From a candidate division FCPU426 bacterium (GTDB lineage: Bacteria > Oederibacteriota > Muellerivitia > Muellerivitales > Muellerivitaceae), in assembly GCA_963796105.1 (NCBI GenBank), contig CAWCKJ010000012.1, positions 273,268 to 337,267 of the forward strand: DNA of 64,000 nt, written 5' to 3'. The stretch's first letter is position 1, and every line of letters starts with the position of its first letter. Positions 1 through 10,934 of the stretch are shown here, piece by piece. The translations under genes and the position numbers were made by a program. The notes under the pieces are model-generated. The model worked only from the letters and a program-made list of their open reading frames with translations, was not told the DNA's origin and ran no database searches.

Positions 1-324
1 CTTTCTAATCGCGTTTAGGGCCGCTTTCAGGAAATAAGTATTGTTGACTCCCGGGATTTCAACCGGATATTGGAAAGCCAGGAACACCCCCTGCCTCGCG
101 CGATCCTCCGGGGACAAAGCTAGTAGATCTTTCCCCTCGAAACGCACTTCGCCGTCTGTCACTTCATATCCATCCCTTCCTGCGAGGATGTGGGCCAGGG
201 TGCTTTTCCCCGAGCCGTTGGGACCCATGATGGCGTGCACTTCGCCCTTCCCAACGTTCAGGTTGATCCCCTTGAGAATTTCTTTTCCATCGACTTTGAC
301 TTTCAGGTTCTTGATCTCCAGCAT
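1..324 (-). CDS. sufC: Fe-S cluster assembly ATPase SufC (N-terminal part, runs off the window)
   Basis: Manual translation [42 protein letters not shown] (Walker A); directly downstream of sufB; GGAGGAG RBS. Confidence 0.95.
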   Translation of the reverse strand, partial: MLEIKNLKVKVDGKEILKGINLNVGKGEVHAIMGPNGSGKSTLAHILAGRDGYEVTDGEVRFEGKDLLALSPEDRARQGVFLAFQYPVEIPGVNNTYFLKAALNAIRK

Positions 325-362
325 CTCTCCTCCAGAATTCCTTGGGATTGATTATTTCCACG

Positions 363-1811
363 TCAACCGACGCTTCCTTCCAAACTGACGCTCAACAATT
401 TCTGGGCTTCCACCGCGAATTCCATGGGAAGCTTCCGGAAAACATCCTTGCAAAACCCATTGACGATAAGATTAATCGCGTCCTCGCTGGAAAGGCCTCT
501 TTGGCGGCAGTAAAAAACCTGGTCCTCACTGATTTTTGAGGTGGAGGCCTCATGCCCCACCTTGGAGCTGTTGTTTTTTACCTCAATGTAAGGCACCGTA
601 TGGGCCGAACATCTGTCCCCCATCAGAAGCGAGTCACACTGGGTATAATTCCCGGCGTTTTCAGCGCCCGGCTGGATTCGAACCAAACCCCGGTAGGTGT
701 TTTGCCCCCGGCCCGCTGAAATCCCCTTGGAAACGATGGTGCTTTTTGTGTTTTTACCAATGTGGATCATTTTGGTTCCAGTATCCGCCTGCTGGCGGTT
801 GTTCACCACCGCCACAGAATAGAATTCCCCCGTGGAATTGTCGCCCTGCAGGATACAACTGGGATATTTCCAGGTAATGGCAGATCCGGTCTCCACCTGG
901 GTCCATGATATCTTGGAGGAATTTCCCCGGCAGGCTCCGCGCTTGGTCACGAAATTGTAAACCCCGCCCTTACCCTCTTTGTCCCCCGGATACCAGTTTT
1001 GAACGGTGGAATACTTGATCTCGGCGTTGCCCAGGGCCACCAATTCGACGACCGCCGCGTGCAGCTGGTTTTCATCTCTCATAGGCGCGGTGCATCCCTC
1101 CAGGTAGCTCACGTAAGAGCCCTCATCGGCGATCAAGAGGGTTCTCTCGAATTGCCCCGTCTTGGCCGCGTTTATCCTAAAATAGGTGGAGAGCTCCATC
1201 GGGCACCGCACACCCTTTGGCACGTAACAGAACGAACCGTCGGTGAAAACGGCGCTATTCAAGGCCGCGAAGAAATTATCATTGTAAGGGACCACCGACC
1301 CCAGGTATTTTTCGATGAGCTCTGGATGTTCCTGCACCGCCTCGGAAAAAGAGGAGAAAAAGATTCCTAATTCCCCCAGCTTTTTCTTAAAAGTTGTCCC
1401 GACAGAGACGCTGTCCAGAACCGCGTCCACGGCGACTCCCGCGAGAATTTCCCTTTCCTGGAGCGGTACTCCCAGTTTCTCAAAGGTCTTCAGGATCTCG
1501 GGGTCCACCTCCGCCAGACTCTTGGGACCGTTATTCTTGGGCGCTGAATAATAAATAATGGATTGATAGTCGATGGGAGGATATTGGACATAGGCCCAAA
1601 CAGGTTCCGTCATGCGTTTCCAAAAGCGGAAGGATTTCAGCCGCCATTCCAGGAGAAACTTTGGCTCTTTTTTCTTTTGGGAGATAAACCTGATGATATC
1701 CTCGTTGAGTCCTGGCGGGGCGGAATCCGCCTCAATATCCGTTACAAATCCGTATTTGTATTCCTCAGTGGTGATTTTTTCGACAGGTTGTTCCTGGGCT
1801 TGAGGTTTCAT
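363..1811 (-). CDS. sufB: Fe-S cluster assembly protein SufB
   Basis: [46 protein letters not shown] motifs; start placed at MKPQAQ overlapping the Rrf2 stop. Confidence 0.97.
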   Translation of the reverse strand: MKPQAQEQPVEKITTEEYKYGFVTDIEADSAPPGLNEDIIRFISQKKKEPKFLLEWRLKSFRFWKRMTEPVWAYVQYPPIDYQSIIYYSAPKNNGPKSLAEVDPEILKTFEKLGVPLQEREILAGVAVDAVLDSVSVGTTFKKKLGELGIFFSSFSEAVQEHPELIEKYLGSVVPYNDNFFAALNSAVFTDGSFCYVPKGVRCPMELSTYFRINAAKTGQFERTLLIADEGSYVSYLEGCTAPMRDENQLHAAVVELVALGNAEIKYSTVQNWYPGDKEGKGGVYNFVTKRGACRGNSSKISWTQVETGSAITWKYPSCILQGDNSTGEFYSVAVVNNRQQADTGTKMIHIGKNTKSTIVSKGISAGRGQNTYRGLVRIQPGAENAGNYTQCDSLLMGDRCSAHTVPYIEVKNNSSKVGHEASTSKISEDQVFYCRQRGLSSEDAINLIVNGFCKDVFRKLPMEFAVEAQKLLSVSLEGSVG

Positions 1812-2344
1812 CTCGGCATCCCTTTTCCGATGATGGTTTCCGGGACTCCTGGTTTTCCTGTTCCCTGCGTCGAACGCTGGGATCTTGGGGAAACAGAGGA
1901 ATCTTTGAGCCACTTCTCCATTTCCGGCTCGCTGGATACCAAATCCGAAAGTTTGCACTTGCGAAGATATGAGGAAAGAGTCAGGTCTAAACCCATCCAA
2001 AGGGAACGGATTGCGCAATCCATCGTGTGGATGCAGGATAGATGTTCTTTGTTGGGAGTCTCGCACACCTCTTCCTGTTTGAAAAACTTGCCGCCCAACG
2101 CCTCTAAAACTTCGTGAATATTGATTTCATTAGCCGGCCTTGCTAGCTGGTAACCCCCGCTCTGGCCGCGGATGCTCTGGACAAGTTCTCTTCTTCGAAG
2201 AATGCTCATAATCTTTGCCACGTAAGCGGAAGTGAGCCCTTCCAGACGGGAAAGCTCCAGAATGGTTGTCATGCCTTGAGGCCCTTTCTTGGCCATTTGA
2301 AGCATGCACCGTAAACCATATTCTTCAGTCGAGGACATCCGCAT
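1808..2344 (-). CDS. Rrf2/IscR-like transcriptional regulator
   Basis: EYGLRCM...[14 protein letters not shown]; three Cys (VCET...SCIHTMDC) in the Fe-S ligand region; first gene of the suf operon. Confidence 0.9.
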   Translation of the reverse strand: MRMSSTEEYGLRCMLQMAKKGPQGMTTILELSRLEGLTSAYVAKIMSILRRRELVQSIRGQSGGYQLARPANEINIHEVLEALGGKFFKQEEVCETPNKEHLSCIHTMDCAIRSLWMGLDLTLSSYLRKCKLSDLVSSEPEMEKWLKDSSVSPRSQRSTQGTGKPGVPETIIGKGMPR

Positions 2345-2403
2345 GAGAAACCTGCCCAATTGAATAATTGTGTGAAAATAGCTGACTTCATTAGAATTTC
2401 GGG

Positions 2404-2427
2404 AATCTTTACTAAAAAGTCAAGTAT
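2404..2427 (-). promoter_or_regulatory. IscR type-1-like operator upstream of the suf operon
   Basis: Minus strand ATACTTGACTTTTTAGTAAAGATT, an imperfect palindrome resembling ATASYYGACT-N-AGTCRRSTAT, containing TTGACT. Confidence 0.6.
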
Positions 2428-2468
2428 AGGCTCAACGAATGGAAAATCAAGCCAATTGGATTAGTGAA

Positions 2469-2648
2469 TTACTTGATTAAATGAAGCAAAAGCCCGATTT
2501 GGTGCAAGATAGGGGAAGTATTAAGGACCACTAAATCCCAAAGGAATTTCAATAAAAATTTGGTTTGGGTCCAATTGGATGCGGCTGCCGCAAGGACAAC
2601 GGCACCCAAAATCGCAAGGATCCCTTTAGAACTACCTTCGGAATACAT
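2469..2648 (-). CDS. Small membrane protein (59 aa, absent from the ORF track)
   Basis: MYSEGSSKGILAILGAVVLAAAASNWTQTKFLLKFLWDLVV...; ATG abuts the gntK stop (TGAATG); AGGAG RBS. Confidence 0.6.
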   Translation of the reverse strand: MYSEGSSKGILAILGAVVLAAAASNWTQTKFLLKFLWDLVVLNTSPILHQIGLLLHLIK

Positions 2649-3143
2649 TCACCGGCTCCTGGAAAAGTCATATTTTTGCTTCAATTGCCACACGATGGTA
2701 TCCACATCCTGCGAAATTTCCACAACAATTGCGTCTGTTGGCTCTTCCAATTCCTCAAACTGGCTTTCTAACAATTCCGGGTTGAAATAATGCCCTTTTC
2801 GGTTCTTGAGGCGTTCACAGATAAGGGTGAAAGTGCCCTTTAAAAACACGAAATGGATTTTCCCGTTCCTGGATAATCGCGTCCGGTACTTTTTTCGCAA
2901 AGCGGAGCAAGCCAGGACAAGGTTTTTTCCATCAGCTTCCCAATCCCGGATCAAGTCGGATAGAACCTTAAGCCAGGGCTTACGATCGATGTCGGTTAAG
3001 GCTTGGCCTCGTTTCATTTTTTCCCTGTTTGCCACTGTGTGAAAATCATCCGCGTCAAAAAAGGGGCAGGAAAGAATCCGGGCAAGCTCTTTTCCCACTG
3101 TTGTCTTACCGCATCCAGCGACTCCCATCAAAAGAATCACCAT
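2649..3143 (-). CDS. gntK: Gluconokinase
   Basis: MGVAGCGKTT P-loop, DADDFH, LTDIDRKPWL, CSALRKKYR, LLESQFEELEEP. Confidence 0.92.
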   Translation of the reverse strand: MVILLMGVAGCGKTTVGKELARILSCPFFDADDFHTVANREKMKRGQALTDIDRKPWLKVLSDLIRDWEADGKNLVLACSALRKKYRTRLSRNGKIHFVFLKGTFTLICERLKNRKGHYFNPELLESQFEELEEPTDAIVVEISQDVDTIVWQLKQKYDFSRSR

Positions 3144-3152
3144 ATCGGCTCC

Positions 3153-3911
3153 TCATGCCCCGATCATCTTCAGAAAAAACTCGACGGTCATCAATTTTTT
3201 ACCCACTGTATATTCCAAATATTCTAAAAGGCTCAAGAGCATACTCCGAAAGTTGGCGGACGCACTATGGATGACATGAGCCCGTTCCAGGGGAAGGCTT
3301 CGAAGGCGCTTCAGAATTTCCAATTCCCTTGGGCCGACCCGCAAGGGCCCTGGCCCGGAGGGGCAGCAATTTCCGCAAAGAGCTCCACCCCTGTGTGAAA
3401 TCAAAAATGTGTTTTTTTTCAAAAGAGATTCCCCGCATTCAGCGCAGCGGTCCAGCTCCAGGGGAAATCCCGACAATTCGATAAATTGAAGACAAAATGC
3501 CGTGAGGATTTGCTCACTCGATCCTGGATATTTCCGGAAGGCGGTCAAGGTCTCCTTCAAAAGTTTATACAACTCTCTGTTTGGTTCCTGATCCGGGAGC
3601 GCTTGAATCAGGATGTCAGCCAATACCTGGAGCAGGGCGAGCGTCGCTAGTCCCGTTTTCAATTCATGGTGGTCATCCAAAACTTTGGCCTGGGAAATCA
3701 CGAACAAATCCCCGCCCTGACGGCGAATCAAAATAAAATTGGCTTCGGTAAAAGGCTCCAAAGCCGCGGCCAGACGACTGCGGGGTTTACGGGCCCCCTT
3801 GGCGAAAGCCCGGATTTTACCGGCCTGGAGGGAATAGATCTGGACGATTTTGTCCGACTCGGAATGGGGAAAAGCGCTCAAAACCAACCCGCGCACCGGA
3901 AGGAAGGCCAA
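3153..3911 (-). CDS. recO: DNA repair protein RecO
   Basis: ESDKIV...GKIRAFAKGARKPRSRL OB fold; CAECG...CGNC zinc finger. Confidence 0.92.
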   Translation of the reverse strand: MAFLPVRGLVLSAFPHSESDKIVQIYSLQAGKIRAFAKGARKPRSRLAAALEPFTEANFILIRRQGGDLFVISQAKVLDDHHELKTGLATLALLQVLADILIQALPDQEPNRELYKLLKETLTAFRKYPGSSEQILTAFCLQFIELSGFPLELDRCAECGESLLKKNTFLISHRGGALCGNCCPSGPGPLRVGPRELEILKRLRSLPLERAHVIHSASANFRSMLLSLLEYLEYTVGKKLMTVEFFLKMIGA

Positions 3912-3914
3912 GTT

Positions 3915-4820
3915 TTAACTTTCCCCTTCATGAGCGAACTCGATGGAAAGCGCCGGGAAATAAACCCACACCATTGTGGCCATCGTAAGATTGATCAAAA
4001 GTTCCAACAAGAGGAATAAAAATCCGATAAAGGGGGTATGCCGCAGCAAGTTAAAGACCGTTTGGTAAGCGATGGAGAAGATCAGATAAGCCAATAAAAT
4101 CAAAAGGATACTCCAAACCACTCGCCCATAGTGCTCCAGGCATTTATGAATGCTTGATTTAAGGCCCCTGAAAACCCCGCCATCTTTTACGAGATAAGCA
4201 GCGGACATTAAAAAATAAACATGGAAACCCAAGGCCATGAAAACTCCTGCCGCGAGGAAAGGCAATATCAACAAAAACCCCATAACCACAAGGCCGATCC
4301 CCTTGAGGAAAACCCCGATCACTACGGTGATTAGGATTAAGATAGCCCCGAAAATCAAGCCGCTGAAAATAAACAAGAACCCCAGGCCAAGCATGGATGG
4401 AAAGAAGAACAATCCTCCCTTTAGGAAATTCACCAGGGAAAATGTCGAACCCTTTTGCCTGTATTCCTCGATTTGCTTGAAAAGGGCCCCAGTAAAGAAG
4501 ACCTCAAACAAAAACCACCAAACGAGATAAATCAATAAAAGCACCAGGGCGGTCCAGATAAAATCCGGCTTCTGGAGAAATGGACGAAAATCGAAATTCT
4601 TGAAGACTTGCTGGTAATCATCCGGATCCGTGTCCTTAAAAAAGTTGAATAACTGTCCCAATAAGGGTCCAAGGGCGAGGGCCAGGCAAAAAATCATGGA
4701 CATAAAATTCAGGACGATAAAAACGAACCGGACCAGAAACAACGGCCAAAGCGCGATGCCAGTCTTCCAGCCCCTTCCATAAACTTCTGAAATCGGGGGG
4801 AGGAATAATTCGTCTTTCAT
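3915..4820 (-). CDS. Multi-pass membrane protein of unknown function
   Basis: 301 aa ORF with about six hydrophobic segments, co-oriented within the operon. Confidence 0.75.
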   Translation of the reverse strand: MKDELFLPPISEVYGRGWKTGIALWPLFLVRFVFIVLNFMSMIFCLALALGPLLGQLFNFFKDTDPDDYQQVFKNFDFRPFLQKPDFIWTALVLLLIYLVWWFLFEVFFTGALFKQIEEYRQKGSTFSLVNFLKGGLFFFPSMLGLGFLFIFSGLIFGAILILITVVIGVFLKGIGLVVMGFLLILPFLAAGVFMALGFHVYFLMSAAYLVKDGGVFRGLKSSIHKCLEHYGRVVWSILLILLAYLIFSIAYQTVFNLLRHTPFIGFLFLLLELLINLTMATMVWVYFPALSIEFAHEGES

Positions 4821-4832
4821 AGAAGCCTTTTT

Positions 4833-5333
4833 TTAGCGGTAATTGTTGAATTGAAGAGGAATCTTGATGTCTTGGGCGGCCTTGAGCAATTGAATGGCGT
4901 TCTGCAGGTCGTCCTTGGCTTTGCTGGAAACCCGCACTTTCTCCTCGGTGATTTGAACCTGCACCTTGAGCTTCGAATCCTTGATCAGCCTGACGATTTC
5001 CTTGCAGGTTTCCATGGGGATTCCGCTGACGATCTTGACCTTCTGGTTGACGGTACCGCTGAAAGCCGATTCCATTTTTTGGAAATCCAGCGCCCTGGGC
5101 GAAATATTCCTTTTAACGAATTTCCCCTTCAGCACATCCACGACGGCTTTGAGCCGGGATTCATCGTCGGAAACGATCTCCAATTCCTTGACGGTCTTGT
5201 TCAAGGTGATCTTGCTGATGCTTCCCTTGAAATCATACCTCTGAGAAATCTCCTTCATCGACTGGTTGACCGCGTTGTCAACTTCCTGGAGATCCACTTC
5301 GGAAACAACATCGAAGGAAAAAGTATCGGCCAT
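4833..5333 (-). CDS. yajQ: YajQ family nucleotide/c-di-GMP-binding protein
   Basis: SFDVVSEVDLQEVDNAVNQ, RYDFKGS, VRVSSKAKDDLQ, LQFNNYR. Confidence 0.95.
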   Translation of the reverse strand: MADTFSFDVVSEVDLQEVDNAVNQSMKEISQRYDFKGSISKITLNKTVKELEIVSDDESRLKAVVDVLKGKFVKRNISPRALDFQKMESAFSGTVNQKVKIVSGIPMETCKEIVRLIKDSKLKVQVQITEEKVRVSSKAKDDLQNAIQLLKAAQDIKIPLQFNNYR

Positions 5334-5452
5334 TGAAAACCTCGATCTCCCTTGTAACAAATTCCCCGCGTTGTTGGCCCTCTTTTAGGGATATATTGGG
5401 GGGCTCACAAGGGCTTTTAAAATTACAACTTCAAAATAATTAACTATTATTA

Positions 5453-6343
5453 TCAGGTCCCGCTTCCATCAGCCTCGGTCCCTGAAACTCCTTGGGAACT
5501 GGGCGGCAGTGTAAGCTCAAGAACTTGTCCCGTCGCTCCTAGGACGCCAAGTGGTTTTCCATTGAACTGGACATCCACTCCCCCAGCGTTGCCTAGTTTC
5601 AAGGTAAAGCTTTTCAAGGCCTTGTAGGTCTTGATCTCACCGGGGGCTAATTCAACGTCAGAACCCGCCTGGTTCCCGTCCATCTTGACGCGGAACCAGC
5701 ATTTCTCAAGGCCCTTCAGCACCAAGTGCTGGTACTTATCCTCCACTTGTCCCGCGGCATAGGGGTCTTGGTAAACAATCCCCCCCTTCGCCTCTTTCGA
5801 GTGCATTTTCGAGAGGAAGTCATTTCCATATTTCCAGCCCAGAAAACCCAGGAGCAGGACGATCAGGATCAAGCCAACCCGGTTAATCCAGGGGGTCCAA
5901 TCGGACTTACGCAGGGCGCTCAACCTTTGCCGGACAATCGCCGGCTGCCTGGGCATGGTGCTCTCAGTTCGCTCCTCCTCCACGAACTCCAGGTTTAATT
6001 CACTGGAATGGTCTGAAAGCCGGTAAACGGGCTGGCGATGAAGGGTGGACTTCCACCCGAAAGCCTTTTCCAGCTCCACTTCCGCGTTCATGGGCTGGAT
6101 CCTCATTTCCTCTGGGGTGAATTCAGCGTTAAACCGCCTGGTTAAATGCATCGGATCCAGGCCCACGATCTTGGCATAGGCGCGGATGAAACCCTTCGCG
6201 TAAACCTGGGATGGAAAAACCTCAAAACGGTCCTCCTCGATGGACTCCAGGTATTTGACGGGAATCCTGGTTTTTTGGGATATTTCCTCCAGGGAAATTT
6301 TTTTCGAGATTCTGGCTTCCTTCAAATCCGTGCCGAGGCTCAT
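5453..6343 (-). CDS. rodZ: RodZ-like HTH membrane protein
   Basis: N-terminal HTH (SLEEISQKTRI...YAKGFIRAYA), one TM helix, C-terminal LKLGNAGGV domain; ftsK-lolA-rodZ synteny. Confidence 0.88.
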   Translation of the reverse strand: MSLGTDLKEARISKKISLEEISQKTRIPVKYLESIEEDRFEVFPSQVYAKGFIRAYAKIVGLDPMHLTRRFNAEFTPEEMRIQPMNAEVELEKAFGWKSTLHRQPVYRLSDHSSELNLEFVEEERTESTMPRQPAIVRQRLSALRKSDWTPWINRVGLILIVLLLGFLGWKYGNDFLSKMHSKEAKGGIVYQDPYAAGQVEDKYQHLVLKGLEKCWFRVKMDGNQAGSDVELAPGEIKTYKALKSFTLKLGNAGGVDVQFNGKPLGVLGATGQVLELTLPPSSQGVSGTEADGSGT

Positions 6344-7062
6344 TAGAATATCTCTCCTTCCACCACCTGCGTCCCCGCCGGCGGCTCAAATTGGAATAAT
6401 TGGTCCGAAAGTCCTTTGTTGAATTGGAAGTTATTGAAACGCGCCTTGGTCTCCATGGAGGGATTGACCATCTCCATCTGGCTGGGCCACCAGTCCTTTT
6501 TTCGGATATAAACTTTCATGCTGTCGAAACCCGCGTCCGTGGAAAGGGGGTGGAATAAAAGCCCCACCTCGTTCCCATCGTTCTTGAAAATGGTGACCCG
6601 GCTGATATCGATGTACTTTTTTAACTCTTTTCCGACACCCAGGTAAACGGGGGCAGAATGCCCTTTTTTCTTCTGGCGCTGTTCATAAACCATCTTCTGG
6701 TCGGGCTGGTACATTTGGAGAAGATCCCCTTGGGCGTACAGGAACTGCTCAGTGGGCTTGGTATAGTGGACGAAAATCTTATCGGGCGTCTTGATCTTGA
6801 TCGCCCCCTTGGAGGATTGTTTCTGGTTGGAAAGGGAGTCCTTCATTTCCATGCTCAAGTCCATCTGCACATCCTTGACGGAAGTCTGGGCCTCCTCGAC
6901 TTTCTTGGAAACTTCCTCTACCGTCAGTTCTTTCTTTGCCGCAGCGTCCGCCCAAAGCCTCGCGCCGGGAAATAGGGTTGAACAGGCTGTCAAACCCAGG
7001 ATGAGGAACAGGCATTTCAAGGATAATGAAACCTGAAAATATTTTTCAATCCAACTTATCAT
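6343..7062 (-). CDS. lolA: Outer-membrane lipoprotein carrier LolA family
   Basis: Signal-like N-terminus; G.IKIKTPDKI.VHYTKP and LSDQLFQFEPPAGTQV; downstream of ftsK; start uncertain. Confidence 0.8.
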   Translation of the reverse strand: MISWIEKYFQVSLSLKCLFLILGLTACSTLFPGARLWADAAAKKELTVEEVSKKVEEAQTSVKDVQMDLSMEMKDSLSNQKQSSKGAIKIKTPDKIFVHYTKPTEQFLYAQGDLLQMYQPDQKMVYEQRQKKKGHSAPVYLGVGKELKKYIDISRVTIFKNDGNEVGLLFHPLSTDAGFDSMKVYIRKKDWWPSQMEMVNPSMETKARFNNFQFNKGLSDQLFQFEPPAGTQVVEGEIF

Positions 7063-9508
7063 CCAGAGTCTCCTCCGCGAACTCACCATCCGAATCGCTG
7101 GCACCGGGGGCGAGAATCTTTCTGGGTTTATTTCCGTCGGCTGGCCCCACCAAGCCCCGGACCTCCATGTCATCCAAAAGCCGCGCCGCGCGGCTATAGC
7201 CTACCTTGAGACGCCGCTGTAGCAGCGAGGTGGATGCCTGTTTTGCCTTGATGACTATTTCCAAGGCCTCGTCGAACAGCTCATCATCGCTTTCCTCGGT
7301 GACCACGTCCCCCCTGGACTTGGAGGCCTCTAAGTCGGCCAAATAAACGGGCCCTCCCTGGGATTTCCAGTAGTCCGTCAGGCGCTCGATTTCCTCCAAC
7401 GTAACATAGGCCCCTTGAAGCCGCAAGGGCTTGGGGGACCCCGAAGCCAAATACAGCATATCGCCCCTGCCTAAAAGAGCCTCGGCGCCGTTCATATCCA
7501 ATATCGTACGTGAATCAACTTTGGAAAAGACTTGGAACGCGATTCGCGTCGGAAAATTCGCCTTGATGATGCCGGTAATGACCTCAACGGAGGGCCTTTG
7601 GGTGGCCAAGACCAAATGGATCCCCACCGCCCGCGCCATTTGGGCCAGCCTCGTGATGGAATCCTCCACCTGATCCTTGGCGGCCATGATGAGGTCAGCC
7701 AGCTCATCCACCAAAACGACGATGTAATACATGGGATAAGCGTCAGTCTCCCCTGACTCCCTCTTCACCAATATTTTCGCGTTAAAGGTGTCAATATCCC
7801 TGGCCCCCAGGTGAGCCAGGATCTGGTAGCGCGTCTCCATCTCCTGGACCAGCCACTTCAGGGCCGAGTTGGCCTGTTTGGAATCGTTCACAACCGGGAG
7901 GGCCAAGTGGGGCAGATCCTTGTAGATAGCCATTTCCACTCTCTTGGGATCGACCATCACCAGCCTTAATTCCTCGGGAGTGTACCTGAAAAGAAGGCTG
8001 GCGATGATGGTGTTCACGCAAACGCTTTTTCCGGATCCGGTGGAACCGGCGATCAGGACATGGGGCATCTCTTTGATGGAGGCGTTGCAGGAGGCCCCGG
8101 CGATATCCTTGCCTAGGGCGACCAGCAGTTTCTTGGAGGAAGCCGCGAACTCCTCCTGCGCGATGAGTTCCTTCAAGGTGACGATGCGTCCCTTGCTGTT
8201 GGGAACCTCCACGCCGACCGCCGCCTTTCCAGGGATGGGAGCCACGATACGCAAGTGGCCGCATTGAAGGGCTAGGGCCAGGTCATCAGCCAGGGAAGAG
8301 ATACTGGTGATCTTGACTCCCGCCGCCGGCTGGACCTCGTACTGTGTGACCGTAGGTCCCGGATTCACGCCCACCACCTTGGCTTCCACCCCGAAATTTT
8401 TGAGGGTCTCCACGATGGTATGGCTGACCGCCTCGAAATCGTCCACGACCCGTTCCTTGGTCTCTTCGGCGGTTTTTAGGATGTGGACTTCCGGAAGTTT
8501 CCATTGGCGGATGACCCGAACCGGCTTGGAGGGCTCCGGCTCTTGGTCACTCGAATCATCTTCCTCATCCGCCATTTCAATGCTGGCCGCTTCCATTTTT
8601 TGCCGGAGCGTCATGGGATCCTGGCTCTTAGCTTCGGCCATGGCGGCTGACACCAAATCCTCTTCGTCTCCAGTTGTTACAACTGGTTCAGTCGCTGTTT
8701 CGGCCTCCCCGGTGAAAAGAGACCGACCTTTGGGTTCCGGGATAGATTTGACAACTGTTGATGTCTTTGCGTTTTTAGTTAATGAAGGAACAACAACGGC
8801 CTTCGGAGGTTGTGGCGCGATCCCCTTTCCAGGCTTTTCCTGGGTTAGTGTTCCCCCCTCCAATTTTCGATGGGCTTCCTCGGCTACTTTTCTTGACTCC
8901 CGATGGGATTTCCATTCCGCCAAAGATTCCCGAAGTCTTTCTTGCAAGAGTGTCAGGGTTTTGAACCCATTTTCGCTTAAAAAGGAGAAACCTCTTCCGA
9001 ATCCATCTAACACACCCCTGGCGACATTGATCAGGTGGCCTTCCTTCTCAAGAAACCACGCGGAAAGCACCAACACCAGGAAACAAACAATAAAGGTCCC
9101 AAACCTGGTTAAGGCCGCTTCCATCCAATCCCCGGTCAAAGCCCCCAATTTCCCGCCCCATTCCATGCCCTCCCTCATCTGGGAAGATGAAAACATCTGG
9201 ACATTGGGAAATAGGTCGTGCAAAGCGGTGCAAATGGAAAGAAGTCCTAGAACCAAACCGAGGATTTTCAACCCCGGTTTTTTAAGAGGATTGTCTTGAA
9301 AGCGGGAATAGGCGAAGAGAAAAAGCGCCGCTGGAAAAACCCAGGCGCAAAGACCGAAGCTCAGATAGAGGAAATAAGAGGTGTAAGCCCCGGCATTGCC
9401 CAGAAGATTGGGTTTTACACCGGTCGGGACCAAGGCTAAGGCGATTAAAAGCCCAAAACTTCCCGAAAGAAAAACCACCAGGAAATGGTGACGGCTATCT
9501 TTGGCCAT
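7046..9508 (-). CDS. ftsK: DNA translocase FtsK
   Basis: N-terminal TM segments, MPHVLIAGSTGSGKS, DELADL, ATQRPS, gamma domain LQRRLKVGYSRAARL. Confidence 0.97.
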   Translation of the reverse strand: MAKDSRHHFLVVFLSGSFGLLIALALVPTGVKPNLLGNAGAYTSYFLYLSFGLCAWVFPAALFLFAYSRFQDNPLKKPGLKILGLVLGLLSICTALHDLFPNVQMFSSSQMREGMEWGGKLGALTGDWMEAALTRFGTFIVCFLVLVLSAWFLEKEGHLINVARGVLDGFGRGFSFLSENGFKTLTLLQERLRESLAEWKSHRESRKVAEEAHRKLEGGTLTQEKPGKGIAPQPPKAVVVPSLTKNAKTSTVVKSIPEPKGRSLFTGEAETATEPVVTTGDEEDLVSAAMAEAKSQDPMTLRQKMEAASIEMADEEDDSSDQEPEPSKPVRVIRQWKLPEVHILKTAEETKERVVDDFEAVSHTIVETLKNFGVEAKVVGVNPGPTVTQYEVQPAAGVKITSISSLADDLALALQCGHLRIVAPIPGKAAVGVEVPNSKGRIVTLKELIAQEEFAASSKKLLVALGKDIAGASCNASIKEMPHVLIAGSTGSGKSVCVNTIIASLLFRYTPEELRLVMVDPKRVEMAIYKDLPHLALPVVNDSKQANSALKWLVQEMETRYQILAHLGARDIDTFNAKILVKRESGETDAYPMYYIVVLVDELADLIMAAKDQVEDSITRLAQMARAVGIHLVLATQRPSVEVITGIIKANFPTRIAFQVFSKVDSRTILDMNGAEALLGRGDMLYLASGSPKPLRLQGAYVTLEEIERLTDYWKSQGGPVYLADLEASKSRGDVVTEESDDELFDEALEIVIKAKQASTSLLQRRLKVGYSRAARLLDDMEVRGLVGPADGNKPRKILAPGASDSDGEFAEETLDDKLD

Positions 9509-9829
9509 CAAATCCTCGAAATGGGGCTGGAAAGCCCCGGGATAAAGTTTTTAATGGAGTAGGCGGGAAATAATTCATTCTGGAGGCTAAGTATAGCCGA
9601 TTGACGGGAAAAATAAAAAATAAATGTCCTTCCGCTGGTACACCTGCTCCAGCCCCTTCCCGGTTGAATCAGAAGGAGAAAGCAAGGAATGAATTTTCAT
9701 GATTAAATGCCGCTTCCCTCTGGAAACGATTTCACCCCCTGAAAGTTCTCACCCTCTAATTCAGGTGTAAGTCAATTGGGCTTGCGGTTAAAATAAAATT
9801 CGCTCCGAATCCCTCTCCAAGGCGGACTC

Positions 9830-10741
9830 GTGTTTCTTCAGATCGCAATGAACGTCATCCTTCCCATATTCCTCGTGATGGGACTGGGCTATCTTCTCTC
9901 GAAATCCTTCACCTTGGACCTGGGAACCCTTTCCAAGCTGAACTTCTATGTGTTCATTCCCGTCTTCATGTTCTACAGCCTGCTGGTCTTTAAGCCGGGC
10001 GGCCGGGAAATGGCCATGACGATCCTGTTTAATTTTCTCCTGGCGGCGCTGGCTTTCCTGGTCATGGCGGGCCTTACCCGCATCCTGGGATTCGAGCCCA
10101 AAATGGCGGCTTCCTCCATCCTGGCCGTCATGGTCTTCAACTCGGCGAACTACGGCATTCCGGTGGTTCAACTGGCGTTCCAAGGGGAAGGAGTGGCCAT
10201 CCAGGTCATCACCATCACCGCCATGAACATTCTCACCTATACCTTCGGCGTCCTGATCGCCGGCGGTTGGGGCCAATGGCGCAAGGGCTTGCGCACCATC
10301 CTCACTCTTCCCGTCCTCTACGCTCTCGTAGCGGCGCTGGTTTTGAGGGCTTTGGATCTACGGTTGCCCGATCCTGTGATGTCTTCCCTCAAATGGACTT
10401 CCGAGGGGATGCTTTCCATCGCCTTGATCACCCTGGGGGCCCAATTGGGACGGGAAGGAATATCCTTGCGGCATCCCAGGGAATTATGGGTCACGATAGC
10501 TTCCCGTCTGATTTTGGGCCCGTTTTTGGCGCTTCTCCTGCTTCACCTGCTGGGAATCCAGGGCCTTTTGGCCAAGGTTCTTTTCGTTTCAAGCGCCTTC
10601 CCCACCGCTGTCATCACCGTCATGTTCGGCATCGAGTATGATAAGGAGCCTGTTTTCGCCGCGGACGTTGCGTTCATGACAACCCTTCTTTCGGCGGTCA
10701 CGGTAACAGCCGCCATCAGTCTTTCTTCGGTCTTGTTTTAA
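9830..10741 (+). CDS. AEC (auxin efflux carrier) family transporter
   Basis: About 10 TM segments; FNSANYGIP and AFPTAV motifs. Confidence 0.88.
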   Translation: MFLQIAMNVILPIFLVMGLGYLLSKSFTLDLGTLSKLNFYVFIPVFMFYSLLVFKPGGREMAMTILFNFLLAALAFLVMAGLTRILGFEPKMAASSILAVMVFNSANYGIPVVQLAFQGEGVAIQVITITAMNILTYTFGVLIAGGWGQWRKGLRTILTLPVLYALVAALVLRALDLRLPDPVMSSLKWTSEGMLSIALITLGAQLGREGISLRHPRELWVTIASRLILGPFLALLLLHLLGIQGLLAKVLFVSSAFPTAVITVMFGIEYDKEPVFAADVAFMTTLLSAVTVTAAISLSSVLF

Positions 10742-10756
10742 AGTAAAGGAATTCGG

Positions 10757-10897
10757 ATGAGGCAACAGGCCAAAAAGATTCGAAAAACACGAAAGTCCTC
10801 CACGCAGGAGAAGGATTTATGGAAAAACCCATCCTATAAAAACATGCTGAATCCCTATGAGAGCAAGTATCCGCAGCAAAAGAAAAAAAGCAGATAG
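10757..10897 (+). CDS. Small basic protein (46 aa, absent from the ORF track)
   Basis: AAAGGA RBS then MRQQAKKIRKTRKSSTQEKDLWKNPSYKNMLNPYESKYPQQKKKSR; fills the gap between the AEC gene and uidA. Confidence 0.45.
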   Translation: MRQQAKKIRKTRKSSTQEKDLWKNPSYKNMLNPYESKYPQQKKKSR

Positions 10898-10934
10898 CCG
10901 GTCTTCCGGCAAAACCCCGCTATTGAGGTGTTTT

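Noticed and set aside
8307..9299. Long plus-strand ORFs antisense to ftsK (also 49752-50636 and others)
   Set aside because: Shadow ORFs opposite well-supported genes
9540..9800. Possible riboswitch or ncRNA between ftsK and the AEC gene
   Set aside because: Some pairing potential but no recognisable family motif
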